A stretch of 64,000 nucleotides of DNA from Cyanophyceae cyanobacterium (GTDB lineage: Bacteria > Cyanobacteriota > Cyanobacteriia > Cyanobacteriales > JBHJGN01), in assembly GCA_050331735.1 (NCBI GenBank), contig JBHJGN010000007.1:1-64000 (forward strand). Direction: 5' to 3'. Below are positions 57,502-64,000 of the stretch, piece by piece. The notes beneath the pieces are model-generated. The model searched no databases, had not been told where the DNA came from, and saw only the letters and a list, made by a program, of their open reading frames with translations. A program made the position numbers and the translations under genes. Position 1 is the stretch's first letter, and every line of letters begins with the position of its first letter.

Positions 57502-60114
57502 ATGAGAATTCTGAGAACCCAAACTCTTCGCGGTCCTAATTACTGGAGTATCCGTCGTCACAAGCTGATCCTTATGCGCCTCGACCTAGAGGAGCTTGCT
57601 GAGCGGCCTTCTAACGACATTCCGGGGTTTGCCGAAGGTCTTGTTAAGGTACTGCCTAGTCTAGTTGAGCACTACTGTTCTCCTGGCTATCGCGGCGGTT
57701 TTTTGGAGCGGGTGAGAGAAGGCACCATGATGGGGCATATCGTTGAGCATGTGGCCCTAGAGCTGCAAGAACTTGTGGGGATGATGGTGGGGTTTGGTCG
57801 CACGAGGGAAACAGCGACTCCTGGAGTGTATAACGTTGTTTACGAGTATGTGGAAGAACAGGCGGGGCGCTATGCGGGAAGAGCAGCCGTCAGGCTCTGT
57901 CAGTCGATCGTCGAGAGCGGCTCCTACCCCGCAGCGGAACTGAAGCAGGATCTGGCCGATCTCAAGGATCTGTCCGCGAACATGGCTTTAGGGCCCAGTA
58001 CAGAAACCATTGTCAAAGAAGCGGAAGTACGCAGCATTCCCTGGCTACAGCTAAGCGCTCGCGCCATGCTTCAGCTTGGCTACGGCGTCCGCGCCAAAAG
58101 AGTGCAGGCAACGTTGAGCGATTACTCCAGCATTTTGGGCGTTGAGCTGGCCTGCGATAAGGAAGGGACCAAAACCCTCCTCAAAGACGCCGGGATTCCC
58201 GTTCCCAGGGGCACGGTGATTCAGTATTTCGACGACCTCGAAGCCGCGATTGAAGATGTCGGCAGCTATCCAATCGTGATTAAGCCGCTAGACGGCAATC
58301 ACGGACGCGGCATTACCATCGATATTAGAAGCTGGCAGGAAGCTGAAGCCGCCTATGACCTTGCCAGCAACGCTTCTCGAACTCGCTCTGTGATTGTCGA
58401 ACGCTACTATCGCGGCAGCGACTACCGCGTGTTAGTCATCAATGGCCGGGTGATTGCGGTGGCCGAACGGGTGCCGGCTCACGTCGTTGGGGATGACCGT
58501 TCGGCGATCGCTGAACTGATCGAGGCCACCAACCGCGATCCGAACCGGGGGGAAGGACACGACAACGTGCTCACCAGAATTACCATCGACGAAACGGTGG
58601 CGGCTATTCTGGAGCGGCAGGGGTATCGGATGGATACGGTTTTGCCCCAAGGAGAAATCGCCTATCTGCGAGCCACGGCCAATTTGAGCACCGGCGGCAT
58701 TGCCGTAGACCGCACCGATGATATTCATCCGGAAAATGTTTGGCTAGCGCAGCGAGTCGCCAAAGTCGTTGGACTCGACATTGCCGGGATCGATGTTGTC
58801 ACTCCCGATATTACGCGACCCCTGCGGGAAGTAGAGGGCGTGATTGTAGAAGTGAACGCCGCCCCAGGGTTTCGGATGCACGTTGCTCCGAGTCGAGGAT
58901 TGCCGCGCAACGTCGCCGCTCCAGTGCTGGATATGCTGTTTCCTCCTGGAACTCCGAGCCGGATTCCGATTATCGCCATTACCGGCACGAATGGAAAAAC
59001 CACCACGACGCGCCTGGTGGCCCATATCTACCGGCAAACAGGCCAAACCGTCGGCTATACCACGACAGACGGAATCTATATCAACGAGTACGTGGTCGAA
59101 CGAGGAGACACCACCGGTCCCCAGAGCGCCCTGGTTATTCTGAAAGACCCGACCGTTGAAGTCGCGGTCCTAGAATCGGCCCGTGGCGGCATTTTGCGCT
59201 CAGGACTGGCCTTCGATCGCTGTGATATCGGCGTCGTGCTCAACGTCGCGGCAGATCATTTAGGCCTTGGCGATATCGAAACCATAGAACAGATGGCCCG
59301 GGTCAAGAGCGTCGTGGCCGAAGCCGTTGACGCCCAGGGCACCGCTATTCTCAATGCTGACGATCCCCTGGTGGCGGCGATGGCTGGCTCAGTCAAGAGC
59401 AAAGTCGCTTATTTTGCCATGAGTCCCGAGAATCCAGTGATTCAAGACCACCTCCGTCGCGGCGGCTTGGCAGCCGTTTACGAAAACGGCTATCTGTCGA
59501 TCCTCGAAGGACAGTGGACCCTCCGTATCGAGCAGGCCGTCAAGCTCCCCGTCACGATCGGTGGCATGGCTCCCTTTATGATTGCCAATGCTCTGGCTGG
59601 CAGTTTAGCCGCTTTCGCTCAAGGCGTAGATATCGAAGCGATCCGTCAGGGTCTTAAAACGTTTCAACCCTCCGCCAGTCAAACGCCGGGACGCATGAAT
59701 CTCTTCGAGCTAGAGAATTTCCATGCGCTAGTCGATTATGCTCATAATCCAGCCGGATACGAGGCCGTTGGTGGCTTTGTGCGTAACTGGCAGGGCGAGC
59801 GGACGGGAGTGGTCGGGGGACCAGGCGATCGCCGCGACGACGATTTGATTCTGCTCGGAACCCTAGCGGCTCAGGTTTTTGACCGCATCATTATTAAAGA
59901 AGACGACGACAAGCGCGGACGGGAACCCGGGGAAGTGGCCGATCTGATTGCCAAAGGCATTTACCGGCAAAATCCTGACTTTTCCTATCAAATCATTCTT
60001 GCGGAAACAGAAGCGATCAAAACAGCATTAGACGGAGCCAGCCAGGATAGCTTAGTCGTCATTTTCCCCGAAAACGTCAGTCGAGCGATCGCTCAAATTA
60101 AACAGCACCAGTAG
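57502..60114 (+). CDS. cphA: Cyanophycin synthetase
   Basis: LRGPNYWS, ATP-grasp KPLDGNHGRG, EVNAAPGFRMH, Mur-like ITGTNGKTTT, DYAHNP. Confidence 0.98.
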   Translation: MRILRTQTLRGPNYWSIRRHKLILMRLDLEELAERPSNDIPGFAEGLVKVLPSLVEHYCSPGYRGGFLERVREGTMMGHIVEHVALELQELVGMMVGFGRTRETATPGVYNVVYEYVEEQAGRYAGRAAVRLCQSIVESGSYPAAELKQDLADLKDLSANMALGPSTETIVKEAEVRSIPWLQLSARAMLQLGYGVRAKRVQATLSDYSSILGVELACDKEGTKTLLKDAGIPVPRGTVIQYFDDLEAAIEDVGSYPIVIKPLDGNHGRGITIDIRSWQEAEAAYDLASNASRTRSVIVERYYRGSDYRVLVINGRVIAVAERVPAHVVGDDRSAIAELIEATNRDPNRGEGHDNVLTRITIDETVAAILERQGYRMDTVLPQGEIAYLRATANLSTGGIAVDRTDDIHPENVWLAQRVAKVVGLDIAGIDVVTPDITRPLREVEGVIVEVNAAPGFRMHVAPSRGLPRNVAAPVLDMLFPPGTPSRIPIIAITGTNGKTTTTRLVAHIYRQTGQTVGYTTTDGIYINEYVVERGDTTGPQSALVILKDPTVEVAVLESARGGILRSGLAFDRCDIGVVLNVAADHLGLGDIETIEQMARVKSVVAEAVDAQGTAILNADDPLVAAMAGSVKSKVAYFAMSPENPVIQDHLRRGGLAAVYENGYLSILEGQWTLRIEQAVKLPVTIGGMAPFMIANALAGSLAAFAQGVDIEAIRQGLKTFQPSASQTPGRMNLFELENFHALVDYAHNPAGYEAVGGFVRNWQGERTGVVGGPGDRRDDDLILLGTLAAQVFDRIIIKEDDDKRGREPGEVADLIAKGIYRQNPDFSYQIILAETEAIKTALDGASQDSLVVIFPENVSRAIAQIKQHQ

Positions 60115-60194
60115 CTCCTGGAATTGATGGGAAAGGGTCAGGGAAATGGCTTGGCTTTTGAGCTTAGCGACAACCTCCCTTGACAGCATATCAA

Positions 60195-61349
60195 CTAACT
60201 TCTCACCGCTACTGCTTTTGAACTACCCACTAACTTTTTACGCAAGTACTCCCTGAGAGGATTTTCGATCTTGAAGCAGGTAATACTGGCAAGCAGGAGC
60301 GAGAGCAGCATGAAACTCAATAAACCGAGCCAAAGCTGTAGTTGACTAAGACCAGACCAGAAATACTGTCCGTTGCTAACCACGCTTGCTGAACCCATAA
60401 AGATGACAATAATTCCGTGAATCATATACAAAGAATAGGAAATTTCTCCTAGAAATTGGCATGGTTTGAGATTTAAAACTTTTCTACATCTACCTTTATT
60501 CAGTGCTGCCGCTAGCAGGAGAAGAGCAAAACAAGGCAGAACCCATATATCGTTTTTTCCTGATGTGAATATGAGCGCTAAGCACAAAAAACTTAATAAA
60601 AAAGCGGAATCTTTCGCCAGCAAAAATTTCAGCCATTTTCTGTCATAGATATGATAAAGGGCTATTCCAGCCAAGAATTCTAGTAAACAACGATAAAAAC
60701 CGTATTCATGAGTTAAGGCTAAACTCTTTTGTGAAGATACCAGTATTAAAGCGTATAGCCCTGCCCATGTTGCTCTTAAGGTCCAAACAACTTTTTTAAA
60801 GCTACCTTCGTGAAGGATTAATAAAAAAACAGGGAATAGCAAGTAGGTATAAAATTCTGCGCCAATAGACCAAGAAACAAAATTCCAACCGCTGCTGTCG
60901 TGTAATCCCATAGCGTTAAGCAATAAGAGATTACTAACAAGCTTTTTAAAAGAAAAATAACCAGTGAAAAAATAATCAGGCTCAACAAAAAAAATAATGC
61001 CTTGGTAAGCTACCAAAATCAATAGAGTAAAAATATGAAGCGGGTAGATCCGAATGAAGCGGAGTTTAATAAATTTCCAGTAGCTGCGCCAGCTTATGGT
61101 TCTACTTGTTCCCTTATATAGGCTGTTTCGATAAACGTGGAAGATAACAAAGCCGCTGAGTAAAAAGAAGAAATCTACCCACAGGTATCCTTTGAGGGCT
61201 ATTCTTTCAAATAGCTGAGGCTGGAAACTGTTTTGGACTTGAGGCGTACTTACCGCTGTATGAACATAATGATGCATCACAACGAATAGAGCGGCGAACC
61301 CTCGTAGGGGTGTTAATGAAGAAATATAAAAGGTGTTTTTCGGATACAT
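60195..61349 (-). CDS. Acyltransferase family 3 (OafA/YrhL-like O-acyltransferase)
   Basis: LRGFAA, VDFFFLLSGF, RFIRIYP, SWSIGAEF, LGEISYSLYMIH, IENP. ATG at 61349; the longer ORF call runs through a MITE. Confidence 0.92.
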   Translation of the reverse strand: MYPKNTFYISSLTPLRGFAALFVVMHHYVHTAVSTPQVQNSFQPQLFERIALKGYLWVDFFFLLSGFVIFHVYRNSLYKGTSRTISWRSYWKFIKLRFIRIYPLHIFTLLILVAYQGIIFFVEPDYFFTGYFSFKKLVSNLLLLNAMGLHDSSGWNFVSWSIGAEFYTYLLFPVFLLILHEGSFKKVVWTLRATWAGLYALILVSSQKSLALTHEYGFYRCLLEFLAGIALYHIYDRKWLKFLLAKDSAFLLSFLCLALIFTSGKNDIWVLPCFALLLLAAALNKGRCRKVLNLKPCQFLGEISYSLYMIHGIIVIFMGSASVVSNGQYFWSGLSQLQLWLGLLSFMLLSLLLASITCFKIENPLREYLRKKLVGSSKAVAVRS

Positions 61350-61360
61350 CAACTTCAGGT

Positions 61361-61515
61361 TATACCATTTACCGAAAGTAGTCAGATAGTTCCCAAACGA
61401 ACCAACAATTGGAGGTTCAAGGGGAAAGAACTGCTGTGCTTCCCTTTCCCCTTTACCCCTTGCCCTTTCCCCCAACTCATCAAGTCTCCTATTACTTTTT
61501 CTAATTGGTATTAGT
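61361..61515 (+). mobile_element. MITE-like 155-bp dispersed repeat, copy 2
   Basis: Near-identical to 28065-28219; ends TACCATTTACCGAAAGTAGT and ATTACTTTTTCTAATTGGTA form a 15/20 inverted repeat. Confidence 0.75.
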
Positions 61516-61752
61516 TCCCGTAACTCAAGGTAAGCAATAAGCACAGTCCAGGAACAGAGCAACAAAACTATCTTCTTTGCTGATCGCTTATGCTAGCCTG
61601 TATCTGATTCAGATCTATTTAATTGCCGCATGCCTCGTCGAAAGCGTCTGTTTTACGGGGTTTTTACTCTGTAACTCCAAATTCTTTCAGAGATTATAGC
61701 TAAAAGCCTGTCTTACGCTGTAACAAATGCTAAAAATTAAGTCATATTACTT

Positions 61753-62247
61753 TCAGACTCTTTTTCGATCGTTCATGCTTGTTTCTTGAGCCTGGGTGCT
61801 GATGTCAAGGCGAATCTGAGCCCGAACCCGCATGAGGATTTTTCCAAGTTCATTAGCGCCTGTGCCTTCCTGACCGCAGCCCCAGTAATAATCAGTGGGT
61901 GAATTTTCGACAATGATTTCCTCGCCAGTGGCGAGTAAAATCGCTTGAATATCGTGGTGGGTCAAAAACTTAGCTAGCACTCCTTGCCACATTACGGCTT
62001 TCTTAACTTGCTCCCAATCAGAGCGAACTTGTCGATGGCAGTCGCGCCCTAGCGCTGCCGCCTGCTCTGGCGTTTCTGCCTGTTGAATCAGTTTAATGAG
62101 GGCTTCATCAGGAGAGCCAACAAATTTCTGGGCCTGATAGTAATGTTCCACCGTGGCCCACCAACAGCCCACGCATTCGACAGGATGGGAAGAGAAATTA
62201 GAAAAGCAGCCATAGGGAGCGTCGATTTTATAAAAAAAAATGGTCAT
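61753..62247 (-). CDS. NADAR (YbiA-like) family protein
   Basis: FSNFS, TVEHYYQAQKF, AKFLTH, LLATG, ENSPTDYYWG, NELGKILMRVR. Confidence 0.92.
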   Translation of the reverse strand: MTIFFYKIDAPYGCFSNFSSHPVECVGCWWATVEHYYQAQKFVGSPDEALIKLIQQAETPEQAAALGRDCHRQVRSDWEQVKKAVMWQGVLAKFLTHHDIQAILLATGEEIIVENSPTDYYWGCGQEGTGANELGKILMRVRAQIRLDISTQAQETSMNDRKRV

Positions 62248-62335
62248 TTCAACCCTGTAAAACAAGCCAAGAGCCAGTATGTTGAGTCTGGCAAAAATTC
62301 AATTTCAGTAATGCTCTTCGATTTTAACGAAGTCA

Positions 62336-62450
62336 TACCAAATCCAGTTTAGATAACCGACTTAAAAATTAGGCGAGGCAGGGGGCAGGAGTCAGACGGC
62401 AGGAGGGTTTGACAAGGAAGAAGAAAGAGGTGTGAGATTCGGATTTGGTG
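62336..62450. mobile_element. Possible second MITE-like element with internal heptamer repeats
   Basis: Terminal ACCAAATCC...GGATTTGGT (9-bp perfect IR) enclosing GGCAGGA-type repeats. Confidence 0.4.
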
Positions 62451-62552
62451 CCAGAGGCAGCTCCGTTGCTTTTGGGTAAAGCAGTGCTGCGCCAGTGTTC
62501 CCTCAAGGAGAGCTACAGCGAGGCAACACTGCTGGCTCTTTTGGTCTGAGTG

Positions 62553-63506
62553 CTACTCTCGGTTTAGTTCTAGGCTGTCGTCGTCTATTCTGCCATTGAC
62601 CTCGGCGAGGGTCTCTTGGGTTTTCCGATGTTCCTTTTCAATGGGTTTGAGCACCGATTTAGGAAGCTGGTCGGCTTTAGCTAAGGCTTGCTCAAAATAA
62701 CCAAACGCTTCCTCTAGCAGCGCTACACTCTCTGCTTCTCGTTGAGCAAGCTTACTCTGATGGCGCAGCAGATGTCCCTTTAAATACAGCAGCTCTGGAT
62801 TATCGGGAGACGACTGAAGCGCCTGTTCAGCAAATTTTAAAGCGCGATCGTACTGTTCTAAGTCTCGATAAGCCACCGCAATGCCTCGGTCTACCAAATA
62901 GTCCGGAGCCGCGTACTCCTGGAGGCGTTCGATGGCATCCCCAGGACTAGAAAACGGGAGATTGACAGCTAAAATGAGATCCAGATATCCTTTGATTAAA
63001 TTCAGCTCCGGGTCGTTGGCGGCACTATCTTCTGCTTTGTCAAGATGCTGAAGCACTCGCTGAAGCTTGCTGATGGCTCCGATAATATCGTCTTTGGTAA
63101 TAAAGTTGTAAGACCCTTCGAGAAAATGACCGACCGCTAAATAGAGGTTGCCCCGCAGGGGATCTTGAGCACTGAGCTGAGCGGCTGTTTGAAGAGTTTT
63201 GTCTGCATAAATTTTGAGAGTTTCCCAATCTTCTTCTAGGTAGCTTAGAGAAGCCTGCATCGCGTGGACGAGAGGTTCATCGCGTTCAGTGTCTTCTGCG
63301 GCGCGGAGGTAAGATTTGGCGGCTTGATAGTCTCCTGCTTTAAACAGAGCTTCAAAAGCGGCTTCGGTTTCCTCCCCAATGTTGCGCGGGTTCCTCGTTC
63401 GAAACGGATCTCCAGCCAGAGCCGAGCTGCCCCACACGCTGAGCATCATCGCCACCCCAGAACAAGTCATCAGAACCTTTAATAGACTAAACCGAACGTT
63501 TCTCAT
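62553..63506 (-). CDS. Secreted TPR-repeat protein (Sll0314/Alr1548-like family)
   Basis: Signal peptide ending ALA-GDPFR, DPLRGNLYLAVGHFLEG, DPELNLIKG, TPR-like helices. Confidence 0.8.
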   Translation of the reverse strand: MRNVRFSLLKVLMTCSGVAMMLSVWGSSALAGDPFRTRNPRNIGEETEAAFEALFKAGDYQAAKSYLRAAEDTERDEPLVHAMQASLSYLEEDWETLKIYADKTLQTAAQLSAQDPLRGNLYLAVGHFLEGSYNFITKDDIIGAISKLQRVLQHLDKAEDSAANDPELNLIKGYLDLILAVNLPFSSPGDAIERLQEYAAPDYLVDRGIAVAYRDLEQYDRALKFAEQALQSSPDNPELLYLKGHLLRHQSKLAQREAESVALLEEAFGYFEQALAKADQLPKSVLKPIEKEHRKTQETLAEVNGRIDDDSLELNRE

Positions 63507-63639
63507 CGTGTTGGTATCAGTAGGGTTTCATGGGTGTTGGCGGAGCTGTCGGTCGTGCAGAAGCTTTAAAGGCGATCGCCACGAACCGTAGCTGTCAGTG
63601 TCACAATAAAGATCGGCCCGATTGCTCAACTAGTATTGG

Positions 63640-64000
63640 ATGCTCTATCTAAAAAATTTAGTCTATCATCCCCCGGCGACACCTACGCCGATCCTGCAAG
63701 GAATCAACTTGGAACTAGCTCCTCAGCAGTTAGGACTGATAGTTGGTCCTAGCGGTTCCGGCAAAACGACGCTGCTAGAAATTTTGGCTGGGCTAGCAGA
63801 AAAAACGGACGGAGAAATTTTCTGGCGCACTCAGGCACTTACGCCTCTTCATCTCCAGCAGCTAGGAGGCATTGTGTTTCAATTTCCAGAACGGCATTTT
63901 TGTGGCAAAACCATTTTAGAGGAGCTGCGGCTCGGGCATCCCGAACTAGGCCGAGAACGGGTTAAAGAAGCTCTCAGCGAGGTGGGGCTAGAGCATCTTG
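63640..64000 (+). CDS. ABC transporter ATP-binding protein, 5' part (runs off the window edge)
   Basis: Manual translation MLYLKNLVYHPPAT...GLIVGPSGSGKTTLL...GIVFQFPERHF (Walker A and Q-loop). Confidence 0.9.
   Translation, partial: MLYLKNLVYHPPATPTPILQGINLELAPQQLGLIVGPSGSGKTTLLEILAGLAEKTDGEIFWRTQALTPLHLQQLGGIVFQFPERHFCGKTILEELRLGHPELGRERVKEALSEVGLEHL

Noticed and set aside
61350..61565. 72-aa N-terminal extension of the acyltransferase
   Set aside because: It reads through the 155-bp MITE; family homology begins near ATG 61349.

Overview
Cyanobacterial chromosome segment, judged from a psbA fragment, ndhL, cphBA, tRNA-Leu(UAA) with the cyanobacterial group I intron, and frequent HIP1 octamers (GCGATCGC). 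Most of it is housekeeping or conserved cyanobacterial genes (pit, mltA, cobM, lgt, leuB, pilD, accD, gor, ilvC, tamB, trmD, cphBA), plus two tRNAs. The accessory parts are: (1) a 1.53-kb TnpB-only IS200/IS605-type element that splits an amidase gene and carries an unannotated divergent ribbon-helix-helix gene, a shared inverted-repeat operator, a leaderless tnpB promoter and an in-frame palindromic insertion inside tnpB; (2) a decaying DNA phosphorothioation locus, with dndC and dndD separated by a REP-flanked frameshifted Y1 transposase and preceded by a truncated second SMC/DndD-like ATPase and a small partner gene; (3) a TetR regulator fused to an apparently inactive tyrosine-recombinase domain, with twin operators facing a desaturase; (4) a stand-alone intact tyrosine recombinase; (5) MITE-like elements, short dispersed repeats and heptamer repeats. 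No CRISPR array was seen. All family calls come from motif recognition by eye; no database searches were run.
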